A stretch of 64,000 nucleotides of DNA from the human T2T-CHM13v2.0 reference genome, Homo sapiens: the NCBI RefSeq assembly GCF_009914755.1, contig NC_060947.1; one strand, given 5' to 3'. Below the pieces are notes generated by a model that had not been told where the DNA came from, searched no databases, and saw only the letters and a list, made by a program, of their open reading frames with translations. A program made the position numbers and the translations under genes. Shown here piece by piece: positions 1 through 13,352 of this stretch. The stretch's first letter is position 1. Each line of letters opens with the position of its first letter.

Positions 1-372
<372 letters not shown>

Positions 373-763
373 AAGATAGGTTTTATTATTTCCAATTTAG
401 TTAATCAGACAATAGGCTCAAAGAGGCCAATTAACCCCCTCAAGATCACACAACAAATCAATTTGTTGGTCAAATTGATCAAGTGGTCAATTTTGGGCTT
501 TAAACCAACTCTGCCAAAAATTACTATCGGAGACATTTCAACCATCACCATAGATCATGTGTATTAATCTTAGTATTCTCAGGAACTGATGGTGCTTAAT
601 CTATAATTAAGGTAATTTCAGCCAATATTTAGTAAATACCTGGTTAGCTATTTCCAGGTACCAAAAGGTAGAACACAATACTTTCTATTTACTGAGAAAT
701 TACCTGGCCAAGTAGTTTTCTGGAGTTGCTCACATTCAGAGATGAAGTATAGTGAATGCATTA

Positions 764-1904
764 CAGCAGTCGCCTTATCCACAGTTTCTCTGTCTGCAGT
801 TTCAGTTACCTGCAGACAACTGCAGCTGGAAAATATTGCATGGAAAGTTCCAAAAATAAACAATTTTCAGTTTTCAATTGTGTGCCATTCTTCATAACAT
901 GATGAAATCTCACACTGTCCTGCTCCATCCTGCCTGAGATGTAAATTATCCCTTTGTCCAGCATCTCCACGCTGGGCACATAACTCGCTACCCACCAAAG
1001 CTGGGCACATAACTCGCTACCCACCCAAGAGTCATGGACATCATCTGCTCCTGACATTCACCCATTAGACATCATCATAGCTCAAAGATCTGGGATCACC
1101 CAAAGCAGATGACCCTCCTTCTGATGCTTTGTCAGAAGGTCAATAGTAGACTAACACTACTACATCACAACGCCTGTGCCACAATGCCTATGTCATTCAC
1201 CTCGTTTCATCTCATGAGGCAGGCATATTATCATCTCACACCATCACAAGAAGAAGGGTGATGTATTAGTCCATTTTCATACTGCTATAAAGAACTGCCA
1301 AGACTGGGTAATTTATAAAGGAAAGAGGTTTAATTGACTCACAGTTTCACATGGCTGGGGAGGCCTCAGGAAACTTACAATCATGGTGGAAGGTGAAAGG
1401 GAAGCAAGGCACCTTCTTCACAAGGCTGCAGGAAGGAGAAGTGCTGAGTGAAGTGGGAATAGTCCCTTATAAAACCGTCTGATCTCGTGAGAACTCACTA
1501 TCACGAGAACAGCATGAGGGAAACCACCCCCATGATTCAATTACCTCCACCTGGTCTCTCCCTTGACACGTGGGGATTATGGGGATTACAATTCAAGATG
1601 AGATTTGGGTGGGGACACAAAGCCTAACCATATCAGGTGAGTACAGTACAATAAGATATTTTGAGAGAAAGAAGGCGATATCACTTAACTTCACAAGATA
1701 CTATTATAATTGTTTAATTTTAGTATTAGTTATTGTTGTTCATCTCTTACTGTGCCTTATTTATAAATTAAACTTTATCATACATATGTAATGTATGTAG
1801 GTATAAGAAAAAGCAGTGTATATAGGGTTCAGTACTATCCTTGGTTTCAGGCATCCACTCCGGATCTTGGAACATCTCTCTCACGGACAAGAGGGGGACT
1901 ACTG
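764..1904 (+). mobile_element. MER44 / Tigger7-family DNA transposon (TcMar-Tigger)
   Basis: Terminal inverted repeats CAGCAGTCGCCTTATCC...GGACAAGAGGGGGACTACTG; TA TSD at 762-763 and 1905-1906; interrupted by THE1. Confidence 0.85.
1262..1635 (-). mobile_element. THE1 (THE1C/D-like) solo LTR
   Basis: TGTATTAGTCCATTTTCA...GCCTAACCATATCA; perfect 5-bp TSD GGTGA at 1257-1261 and 1636-1640. Confidence 0.92.
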
Positions 1905-4317
1905 TAGGTGCCTATTGCCATGTAACAAAACATCTCAAAATATAATGGTGAGAAACATTATATGTATTACCTCACAGTTTCTGTGGGTGAGGAATTTTGG
2001 CATTGCTTAGCTGAGCCCTCTTATGAGCCTGTAGTCAGCCGGGACATCAGTCGTGTCAAGCCTAGGTGGATCCTTTTCCAAGCTCCCTTGCAAGGTGATT
2101 GGTGGGATTCAGATCCTCATGGGCTGCTGCACGGAGGCCCTCCATTCTTTGTTGGCTGTTGACCAGTTCTCTGTCATATAGGCCTCTCCATGGGGCAGCT
2201 CACAACTTCCTTCATGAAAACAGGTGAGGAGGCCCAGAAAGAGAAAGAAGACCATAAAGTTAGAGTCTTTGTGGCTTAGTCTCAGTAGCGTCATCCCAAC
2301 ACTTGGCAGTGCTCCATTCCTCAGAAGCCACTTGCTCTTTCCAGCCCACTCTCAACAGGATGTGATTAAGCAAGGCGTGAAGATGAGGGAGCAGGTATCA
2401 TGGTGTGCCATCTCAGAAGGCTGCTGACAGCAACAAATAACAGAAGCGAGGCCTTGGAAGTGTTTATCTGCAACAGGACAATCACAGTTCACCATATATG
2501 AAAGAGTTAAGTGAATTTTTTTCAGGCATAATAACTCCAGCTGACACCCAAATTGGGAACATCAAAAGTCACTTTCTAAGCAGAATCATATCAATAGCTT
2601 TAAATATCAGGCAAGCATATTCCTTACAAGATTTTTTTTGTAGCATTTATTATAACCTCTTTTGAGCCCTGGATATTATGCAAATTAAGTGAGCATTGTG
2701 TATGTTTTCTTGGCTGGCACTCTTGAGATATCAAAAGTGTGAAAGAGCTGGCACTAAATCTTGGCCTTCAGCTCTGAAAGCTCTAAATGTAAGTAAGGGG
2801 AAAAAAGTGTGCATGTGTTTATACAGAATAGAATATGAAAAAGAGCCTAGTTTTCTTTCTTAACAGGATTATGCAATTTAAACCTTGTTTTCAACCACAT
2901 AAAGACATCCTTTTTCTTGAATGACACTATTAGACTGGAAAGTGTTAAAATATATTCCCTTGAGGTTTTCTGTGAGATCGGCCTAGACACTATACACTAA
3001 TGATGACAGGATCAAGGCTTATAAAACTTTAGAATATTCTGATTTTTAGTCGCATTACGAAGACAAGAGCCTCATTATCTTTCATCATTTGTACTTCTGA
3101 AATACTAATGTATGCGTTGCTCTTCTATACATTATTAAATTTCATTTTAAATGGAAAATGTTAATATTTAACTCAATAGTTTAAACACTATTAATACTAA
3201 TGTTGTCTTTCTAATTTCTAGAGGGAAAACTTTCCAACTTCAATTTGAATCCTCTTAACTTTTATGTTTTCACTGTTCGGAAAGCATACTCTAGTGGCAT
3301 GGATTATCCTGAAAGCAAGATAATGAAAATGAATTTATATCTAACCTGAACGTGTTTGGGGATTTGAGTATGCATCCCTAACATGGGAGAAGTTCACAAC
3401 AATTGAAATAGTTCTGAAACGGAGCTGTAAAGACTGGACTCAAGACAAGCAGACATTTTCCATCCTACTGGTCTATCCCTTTCTGCAATGCTCTTCCTAT
3501 TTATCTTTCTTATCAAGATATCCTCATCTCTGAAATGGACAGAAGGGTCTTTCATAGGAAGAGTTGCTGTGAGCTCCTTTTAGGGATTTTGAACTTGTGG
3601 ACATTCACTCTAAGAATGCACACATAAATGCACTATAGTAAACAAGTGAGTAAATGAGGAAACCTGGGCACTCTTCTTTTTTCCTTTCATTCATAAACGG
3701 GCATTTCAAGGCGGTTATTTAAAGCTCATGTGAATTTCAGGAAGCAGTTGCTGTGCCTATCCTCTGTGGTTCCATAGCACCCACTATAAACATCTAATAG
3801 ACTGCATTGAAACTATCTTTGTATATATCTATATGCCCAACTGGATTCCTAGGGGAAGAGATTCAGCATTTTTCTTCTCTAGTACATAACATAATGTCTG
3901 GCATCAACCAGATGTTCGAACACCATAAAACCATCACCAACCATAAAAATAAGAGCACACACGACGCCCAGATCTCTAAAGCGTCTGGAGTGGTGTTTTG
4001 GACTGGCAGTGTAGATATTTTCTAATATAAGCATTAATACAGGGAAAGCCAGCAGCACCTTGACAAAGGAAATAATTCAGCCTCCTCTTGACAAACATGT
4101 GTATTGGATTTTCCCAGTTTCAAAGCCAGAAAATCATTCCATTTACCTCAAACAATGAGGATACATGTGAAAATAAGAAACCAGGGAAATCACCATCAAG
4201 ATGCCACCTTGCGGAAGAGATAGGCAGCTGGAATCACTAAGACGCCCTCCCTGCAAGAACACGAACCCAAGTATAGGCAGAATAATGGAGAGAAGAAAGC
4301 TTGAATGACAACTTTGA

Positions 4318-4775
<458 letters not shown>

Positions 4776-5505
4776 TGAAGGTTTTCAAAATATTGATAAG
4801 AAATTTATGTGTAAGAAGCCACCTAGATCTTTTCTCTCAGTGGGGAACTGTGGGTGATGGCGCTTTCCCCAAAATGGGATGTGGTGGTGTGCAGACTCCT
4901 GGAATTTTGCAAAACCCTTATTTTGTTTGAACTGTTTTCCTTTTAGTCAAATGACTTTCAGGCCAGTTTTCATTATATGGACAGACCATAGTTAAGTCAT
5001 CTACTGTGCCACAATTGCTACAATAATGCTGAGCAAAAGGGATCATCCAAAAACCCAGCCATTCATAACAGAAAACACTTGAACATTCATGGCTCTGCAG
5101 GGGAGCTGGGGCCACTCTGCTTCAAGCGGCAGTTGGTATTCATTTAAGGTTCATGTGCCATTCCATCCTTTTTTTATTGATGGCTCTGTGGACATGCTGT
5201 CCTGACAGCAGATCGCAGGAATACCGCAGTGGGAGGGGAAACATGAGGCTTCCTGAGACTTTGGCCCCAGGCCGGATCCTTACGCCATCACTCAATTCCC
5301 ACTGGCCAATCCAAATCCTCTCACCAAGCCCAGTACCACCATGGCAGGAAGCAAAGGCGGCTCCCTGCTGCAGTGGACAGCATTGCAGAGCCACTATCCT
5401 GCATGGGTGCATCATTCTTGGAGCAGGAAGGCTGGAAGAATTGAGAACAGTAATTCAGCCTTCCCATAATGATGACTTAGCTCTGTTCTCCATAAGCCTC
5501 TAGAC

Positions 5506-5605
5506 CAAACTTGTCCAACCTATTGCCTGCATGCAGCCCAGCACAGCCTTCCATGCTGCGCAACATGAATTTGTAAACTTTCTTAAATTATTACCAGATT
5601 TTTTC

Positions 5606-5636
<31 letters not shown>

Positions 5637-5738
5637 GCTCATCTGCTATTGCTAGTGTTTGTGTATTTTATGTGTGGCCCAAAACAATTATTTTTCTTCT
5701 AATGTGGCCCAGGGAAGCCAAAAGATTGGACACCCCTG
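5506..5738 (-). mobile_element. MER30 (hAT-Charlie) MITE
   Basis: Ends CAAACTTGTCCAACC...ATTGGACACCCCTG; 8-bp TSD CTCTAGAC/CTCTAGAA; central poly-T. Confidence 0.88.
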
Positions 5739-5803
5739 CTCTAGAACTTCAGGGATATGTTTATTCATTGGTTTATTCTCCCCAGGTATATTAAGAGCAT
5801 AAC

Positions 5804-6331
5804 AAAAAAAGAAAAGGAAAGGAAAGAGGGGGAGGGGAGAGTGGGGAGGGGAGATTTGGGGAGGGGAGGGACAAAGGAAGAAAGGGGGGAAGGAAAGAAA
5901 GAAAGAGAAAAGAAAGGAGAGTAGAGGAAGAAATGAAGAAAGAAAAAAAGGAAGAAGAAAGAAAGAAAGAGAAAAGAAAGAGAGAGGGGGGAGGGAGAGA
6001 GGGAAGGAAAGGAAAAATGAAGAGAGAAAAGAAGGAAAGAAACAGAGAAAGAGAGAGAGAGAAAGAGAAAAGAAAGAAAGGAAAGAAAGGAAAGAGAGTA
6101 GAGGAAGAAATGAAGAAAGAAAAAAGGAAGAAGAAGGAAAGAAAGAAAGAGAAAGGAAAGCGAGAGGGGGGAGGGAGAGAGGGAAGGAAAGGAAAAATGA
6201 AGAAAGAGAGAAAAGAAGGAAAGAAAGAGAGAGAGAGAAAGAAAAGAAAGAAAGAAAAGAAAGAAGAAAGAAAGAAAAAAGAAAGAAAGAAAGAAAGAAA
6301 GAAGGAAAGAAAAAGAAGAAAGAAAGAGAAA
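5804..6331. repeat. GA-rich homopurine tract with an internal duplication of ~177-bp period
   Basis: About a dozen pyrimidines in ~530 nt; block GAGTAGAGGAAGAAATGAAG...GGAAAAATGAAGA occurs at ~5918 and ~6095. Confidence 0.9.
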
Positions 6332-8348
6332 GTCTTGAGTTAAACTAAATTTCATTGGGGAAAAATCAAAACATTGTTAACCCACTTCATAGAGATAAGT
6401 AATTATAATTGCTTACATATATGTGTATCCAGTGTGTTTCTTCACCAACATTTTGGTAACAAAAAACGTAGCATTATCATGACTACCCAGCATTTAAAAC
6501 CAAGATAAGTGGTTGTCTTTCAGATTATCTACACCACCAACTGAATAGAGAGGTGTTCAGTTGAAAATGCAAAATACTTTAAATATTTAAATATTGTATC
6601 CCCATGATCCCAAAATGTGACATTAATTATTTTGAGTAGTTTTTTATTAAATCAAAAGAATTCACTGAATGAATTTGTCTTGGTACACACTTTGACACTC
6701 AAGTGAACGCAACCTCTGAAATCATTCTTGATTAAGAAATCCTGAAAAAAACTCATCTCTACTAGATGACTAGATAAGCCGGAAAGAGGCTTTGGTCATT
6801 TTAAATAGAAATGCTCTCGTTATTCTTCTAAATACCGTTTGAGAAAAAACCAGATAGTATAATGTGGGTTTCATCTAAATTCATATCTATTTCCTTTCTA
6901 AGCATTTAATCTCTGATGGCAATTCATGCATTACAGGACTTAGTATCTGTGTAAGTAGATCATGTGGAGGAGGCAGAGGGATAATTTACCCATCTTTCAT
7001 TAAACTGCCTTGGCATATTACAGCAGGGGCCCTAAACCCTTATTTAAGAACTTTAAAAAGGATTACATTCCAGGAATCCCCCAATTTCCATCGGCTTGAA
7101 TGCTACAGAGATATGAACCACTTAGGCTTTCCAACCTCAGCTGCATCCAGTCTAAAACTACTACAGACTGTAATTCAGCAGCACATAGTATCTTTCCTTG
7201 CTTTGTTTTGGTTGGATTTTTTTCAAATCCGAAAATACGTGTAGATTCAGACCAAGTCATACCACCTGTCATGAGGTGGGTCAAACTTCTCAGGTTCTTT
7301 TCTTTCTCTCAAAATAGAAATGTCTTAGGTTCTAATTTAGATTGTCCCAGGTTGGATTTCTGTTATTGTTATTGAAGAAGATACTGACCTGAGATAACAT
7401 CAGTCTCTAGCTGGGTCTGAATAAGACTCAACTTGGAGGTGAGGATCCCTAACACCTGTCAGCTATAGCCTTGAGAAACATTGTTGGACAAAAATAAGAG
7501 CTGAATAATGCCATTTGCAGCCGCGTACTTCACAGGCGGGGCAAAGCCTCTTTGCCCACAGCAAGCTGAGCTGGATGTTGTGTCACTTTGTTCAAGATAA
7601 TGTGTTGCAACCTGAATCAGAATACAGATTTTAAGTTCTGTAATATAGGCAATATTCGCCAAAGACTGTTACAAGAACAGTACAGATTTTTCTATTCTGG
7701 CCAAATTATATAATAGAATTACCTGCCTCTATCCATTAGAATAGCAGGAGAGAAAAATGTGTTTTGTTTTTCAGTATGAGAGAGGGAGAGAGAAAGTTAG
7801 TTTATGTTTCTTAGGAGCAGATATTGAGACCAAGATTTTAATGTGATCACTTTTAGGAAGGGATGTGAGCCTAGGAAACATCAGAGGGAGAAGAGAAGAC
7901 AAAAGAAGGAGCTCGGAAAGGGTGTGCTGTCCTATAATACAAGTGATTGCTGCGGGCAGTTGTAGCTTCATTCTGAGGAGTGTCTCTGAGAGGTAGAGCA
8001 GAGCACACACCTCAGCATTCTCATTCCCAAAACAAGAGGGAGCTGGAGCTGCTGGTCACCAACACCCTTCAGCCATTGCTGGAGGCCAATGTAGGAGGCA
8101 TTGTCTCCTGGCATGTCCTGTATGCTTTGTGCTTTGCCGGAGCTGAACCTGGTAGCCAGGAAAGGCCCTTGGGCAAGAAGACACAGGTGCTGGGAGGTGG
8201 AAAACTGGAAGACCAGAGCAGTGTCCATGAAAATTATACAAATCAAGAAGATATGGGCAGGATATCTATACATCTATATCATCTACCTCTACAACTATAA
8301 TTGTATCTATATCTATGTCTATATTTCTAACTATGCATTTGTATTTAT

Positions 8349-8642
8349 TTATTTATTTTTTAGATGGAGTGTTGCTGTGTTGCCCAGGCTGCAGTGGAGT
8401 GGCACAATCAATTCACTCCTGCCTCTACTTCTCAGGTTCAAGAAATTCTCCTGCCTCAACCTCCCGAGTAGCTGGGACTACAGGCGCATGCCACCACGCC
8501 CAGCTAATTTATGTATCTTTTTAGTAGAGTGGGAGTTTCACCATGTTGGCCAGGCTGGTCTCAAACTCCTGACCTCAAATGATCCTCCTGCCTCAGCCTC
8601 CCAAAGTGCTAGGATTACAGGCATGAGCCACTGTGCCCGACC
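8349..8642 (-). mobile_element. AluS-type SINE
   Basis: Alu reverse complement; 15-bp TSD TGCATTTGTATTTAT at 8334-8348 and 8643-8657. Confidence 0.92.
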
Positions 8643-8769
8643 TGCATTTGTATTTATGGATACATGTTTGTGTGCATGTATTTATACACATGCTGGCTGT
8701 GACTTAACCAAAACAAAATCCTATAAAGTAAAATGTCCAGATTTTACAAAACACTTTCATAAACAATGA

Positions 8770-11290
8770 AAGCTTGGTATCAACAATACAAAATGACCTC
8801 AAAAACCCAATCATTTGTAAATTGAGTGATCTACTTGTAAATTTAATAAAAACATGGTATTAAACAATATTCAGATCAAAGGGAACATCATAACAGATAT
8901 GTCAGTTATCTAGGAAGTAATGAAAAGGCTAATTCTGTATGCCAAAATCTATGATAAACCTGTTTATATTCACAAGCTTTCATTATTAAAATGAAAAAAG
9001 GCTGAACATAAATGAAATAATTATTCAATATAAGAAACTAGAAAAAACAATTAAAATAGTAAAATAAAAGAGAATAAAGATAAAAACGGAAATTACTAAA
9101 ATAGTATAAATAGTAGCCAACAGAAATATATCCAAACATCATTTCTCTGAAAATAACTATAAAACAGAAAAAGTACTAGCATATTAGATTGAGAAAAAAT
9201 AAGATGGCACAAAGAAATGAATGAGATTATGAATAAAAAGGCAATAAAATCACAGATTTAAGAGATTAAAAGAAACATTATAAGTGCCGGCCGACACCCC
9301 GTCTGGGAGGTAAGGAGCGCCTCTGCCTGGCCGCCCCGTCTGGGAGGTGGGGAGCGCCTCTGCCCGGCCACCCCGTCTAGGAAGTGAGTGCCTCTGCCCG
9401 GCCGCCCCGTCTGGGAAGTGAGGAGCACCTCTGCCCCGCCGCCCCGTCTGGGAGGTGTACCCAACAGCTCCGAAGAGACAGCGACCATCGAGAATGGGCC
9501 ATGATGACGATGGCGGTTTTGTCGAAAAGAAAAGGGGGAAATGTGGGGAAAAGAAAGAGAGAACAGATTGTTACTGTGTCTATATAGAAAGAAGTAGACA
9601 TAGGAGACTCCATTTTGTTCTGTACTAAGAAAAATTCTTCTGCCTTGGGATGCTGTTAATCTATAACCTTACCCCCAACCCCGTGCTCTCTGAAACATGT
9701 GCTGTGTCCACTCAGGGTTAAATGGATTAAGGGCAGTGCAAGATGTGCTTTGTTAAACAGATGCTTGAAGGCAGCATGCTCCTTAAGAGTCATCACCACT
9801 CCCTAATCTCAAGTACCCAGGGACACAAACACTGCGGAAGGCCCCAGGGTCCTCTGCCTAGGAAAACCAGAGACCTTTGTTCACTTGTTTATCTGCTGAC
9901 CTTCTCTCCACTATTATCCTATGACCCTGCCACATCACCCTCTCCGAGAAACACCCAAGAATGATCAATAAATACTAAAAAAAAAAAAAAAAAAAAAAGA
10001 AAGATTATAAGTGCATAGTCTATGTACTTCTATGGCAATAAATATGAGAATTCTGAAGCGAGTGGCTAGTTTCTTGCAAAAATATTCTAACTGGCTTCCC
10101 AAAGAGGCAGAAAACTGAATCTACAAATAAAGGAAGGTGTTGAAAAGGTAATTAAAGAGACGCCAGGTTAAAAAATAATATACATCAGACCCAGATGGTT
10201 TCACAGTTGTGTTCTACTTGAGCTTTAAAGAACAAATCATTTCTATGTAACATAAACTTTTCTAGGCTAAAGAAAAAGCTGGAAAATTGCCCGATTTCAT
10301 GATGTTAGTGTAACTTTTAAGCTATAACTTGCTAAGATGAGTGGAAAATAGTGGAAAAAATTGTAGGATAATTCTATATGCTTATTGTGCATGATTAGGT
10401 GCAAACATTCTAAATTACAACTCGATAGATTCTACTATATTCAAGATAATGACCAATATTTTTAATATTGGATGAAAGCATGAATGAATGGCTTAAGATC
10501 ATTTATTTTATTAAATTAAAGGAGAAAACCATCTGTTTATATTCATGGGAGGTGATGATGGAAAGGCATTTGGTAAATTGCCTAAAAATGTGAGGCTATT
10601 CCTAAAAAATCTCTAGGTAAGATAAGAGTAGAAGAACATGACCATTACTTAACAGCAAATATCATTGGAAAGAAAAAAGCAATTATATATTTCTTTTAAA
10701 AATCAAGGGAAAAATACAGAATGAACACCAGTACCACTCTTACTTAACATGGCTTTGAAGATTCTTGATAAACCAGAAAGCTAAAGCAATTGTTAAATTA
10801 TTAACATATATTTTAAAGCTACAACAATGTTTAGTTTGCAGATGTTGACACTAAATATCTAGAAAATTGAAAAAACAATTAAAGGTACTTAAGAATTAGT
10901 GAGGCAGAGTAGTAAAATGAATGATAAAAGCTGTATATGTCAAAATTGTCTTGCATTTTATGCCAATAGAATAAATTTTAAAATTAGATTATATTTTTAT
11001 TCATAATAGCAGCTAAAACTACAGAATAACTAATAAAATAGATTTTAATATACATAGATTATATACACACCTATATATGTTTTTTCTTTTCTTAGTCAAT
11101 CGTGTTTGTGTGTGTATAAACATATATTTCCAGGAACTTTGTGCTCACAGTGAAGGACAAAGCCACATCCTGAATGAATGAAGAAATATAAAATATTCCT
11201 TGTTGGGGGGGATGAGAAACAGTCATGTAACCTATTAATTTAATACAATTCCAAGCAAAATCTTTTGATACAAAGAATGTAATGAAAGAG
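8770..11290 (+). mobile_element. Ancient, highly decayed L1M ORF2 segment, interrupted by SVA
   Basis: A-rich strand with L1 ORF2-like remnants (GAAACTAGAAAAA, CCCAGATGGTTTCACAG, GCAGATGTTGAC); boundaries approximate. Confidence 0.6.
9288..9994 (+). mobile_element. 5'-truncated SVA retrotransposon (older SVA_A/B-like)
   Basis: VNTR units CCCCGTCTGGGAGGTGGGGAGCGCCTCTGCC, then SINE-R, AATAAA and poly-A; TSD AAAAGAAA(C/G)ATTATAAGTGC at 9268-9287 and 9995-10014; retains CTCCGAAGAGACAGCGACCATCGAG. Confidence 0.95.
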
Positions 11291-12630
11291 AGCAACATGA
11301 ATACTCTGTCTCACTTCCCAGGTCAATGTTAACATAGCTAGAAAATGGAAAAGTGCTTACCTTGCTGGTGTTCAGTAAGCAAAATGTAACCCTTTCTTAT
11401 TTCCCTCGTTCCCACACCTAGACGACCATGGGGCCACGACAGAGAAGCAAGAGGGTGCATTGCACTGAGAACAAGCAGCTTGTCCTCTTTCTCCCAGAAT
11501 AGCTCACCAGGACTGAACTATTTCTACTTAAAATATTATACTTCTGGGAAGTTGATAGATAAGCATGGAATGTCGAGAAAACTAAGGCAACTGACCATGT
11601 GTCTCAAAGAGGGCAGCCCCATAAACTTCTGCGAGGCATTATTAAGATGCTCTCACTCTTGTTGCTGCTTTTATACACTACTCTTCTGTGTTTATAGCTG
11701 CAACGTCAATGGGCAGGCGAATTTCTACTTCTCTTGTCCAGTTGCTAGAGGAAAGCAGAAAGTTGCACACATAACTGATGGTTGAGTCAGTCCATGAAAC
11801 TCCAGACATCATTCCCCGGGGTTATGTGGAGGTTAGTCAGACTGCAACCCTTTTTCATTGTCTTTCCTTAATCCTCATGAAAAGTTGCACTTTTCTTTTG
11901 TCGTTAGAGCTGATTTAGAAATTGTAATTTATGTTTCATTAATATTCATTTTTGTCAACATGATTATTGTTTTTTAAGGAAATATTTATTGCATCTACTT
12001 ATTATTTGGCATTGACCATGAGATGATGTGATTCGGGAAACCTTGATAATAAATTTTCCCTCTGGAATTGCAAACTCTATCCTTCTCACTCTGAACTGCA
12101 GTTTCTCTCAATTCTTTGCAATTTCATGCATCCCAAGGAGGTGAAAAATACTCCTCTCTTACTGGAGATAACTTTAAATTAAATCCCTGATCTGTTACAT
12201 TTTCTGTGACAAAAGGGCTTTCTTAAGATATTATTCTGGATTTTGTACATCAGCAAAGCCTGTTGTTTCCAGCCTGTTAGTGTGATATATCAAAAATGCA
12301 CACAGACATATAAATTTCTGATCAATTATTTTGAAAACTCTAACCCATATGAAACTTTAACCAATGTCCATATTTTTAAGTTACTATTTTTAATAGCCAC
12401 ACAATAATTCCTTCTTCCTGAAATATTCCATAGACATAATGTAACCCTAGGAAACCCAGTTGCCCTTTGCATGGCTGTGGAGAACTTCTCAATACTTGAT
12501 TGTTTCACATAAGGGAAATTAGATTTTTAATAAAAAGATCACAGTTATCTTTGCCAGACAGTTAAATACCTGCATGAAGTACTCATTGAAAATATACTTT
12601 TTTAATACAATGTTTTAAAGGTATACCCAT

Positions 12631-12680
12631 GAAGCTAAAAAGACTGCAAGAAACAGAAGCCAAAAAGACTGCAAGAAACA
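12631..12680. repeat. 25-bp tandem duplication
   Basis: GAAGCTAAAAAGACTGCAAGAAACA followed by GAAGCCAAAAAGACTGCAAGAAACA. Confidence 0.9.
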
Positions 12681-13039
12681 CTGCAAAGCAAATACCAGCT
12701 CTGACAGATGTCACGTGGCATCTGCTGAAACACGAATGGAGGTTTTATTAATGTTCAACTGTATTGTGTACAATAGCAACAGCTGATTAGCGATGGGAGT
12801 GGAAGATTCTGACTTCACTCTTCCCCATCACTGTTTCTCTAGCTGCTAATTAAAATATCTCAGAAATTTTAGACATCTTTTTATAACTCATTGTAATATT
12901 TGTTCTCCCTCAAATCTACTCCATACAATTCCATATGCCTTTTCTGACTTACATAATTCTGCTTTGACATAAATGATTAATACAGTTTGAGATGAAAAAG
13001 AATACAAGTGTAAATAAAAAACTCCCTAATACTGCGAAA

Positions 13040-13352
13040 TTTTATTTTATTTTTATTTTTATTGTATTTTTGAGACACAGCTTCACTCTGTCGCCCATGC
13101 TGGAGCACAGTGGTGCAATCGAGGCTCACTGCAACCTCCATCTCCCAGGCTGAAGAGATTCTCTTGCCTAAGCCTCCCAAGTAACTGGGACTACAGGCAC
13201 GTGACACACCATGCATGGCTAATTTTTGTATTATCAGAGATGAGGTTTTGCCATGTTGGCCAGGCTTGTCTTGAACTCCTGACCTGAAGTGATCTGCCCA
13301 CCTTGGCCTCCCCAAGTCCTGGGATTAGAGGTGTGAGTCTCCATGCCCATCC
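13040..13352 (-). mobile_element. Alu (diverged S/J type)
   Basis: (TTTTA)n tail plus two Alu arms in reverse. Confidence 0.9.

Larger units (their letters stand above)
757..2431 (-). mobile_element. MLT1-family (ERVL-MaLR) LTR, split after 7 nt by MER44
   Basis: TGCATTA (757-763) joined to GGTGCCTATTGCCATGTAACAAA (1907+) rebuilds the MLT1 terminus TGTATTAG..CTATTGCTG.GTAACAAA; body has CTCACAGTTTCTGTGGGT.AGGAATT. Confidence 0.65.

Noticed and set aside
5140-5503. Overlapping 91-aa and 116-aa ORFs in GC-richer unique DNA
   Set aside because: No recognisable domain, splice structure or promoter
5765-6355. 196-aa F/S/L-rich and 136-aa K/E/R-rich ORFs
   Set aside because: Translations of a purine tract that lacks stop codons; the same applies at 14636, 40951-41195 and 52281
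7770-8150. Possible ancient ERVL-type LTR remnant
   Set aside because: Only faint motif similarity; family and ends cannot be supported without a Dfam search
8101-8769. 222-aa ORF
   Set aside because: Reads through (TCTA)-like repeats and an antisense Alu; typical Alu-derived peptide
9288-9460. Short GC-rich repeats resembling a CRISPR array
   Set aside because: SVA VNTR units, with no unique spacers and no cas genes; eukaryotic DNA
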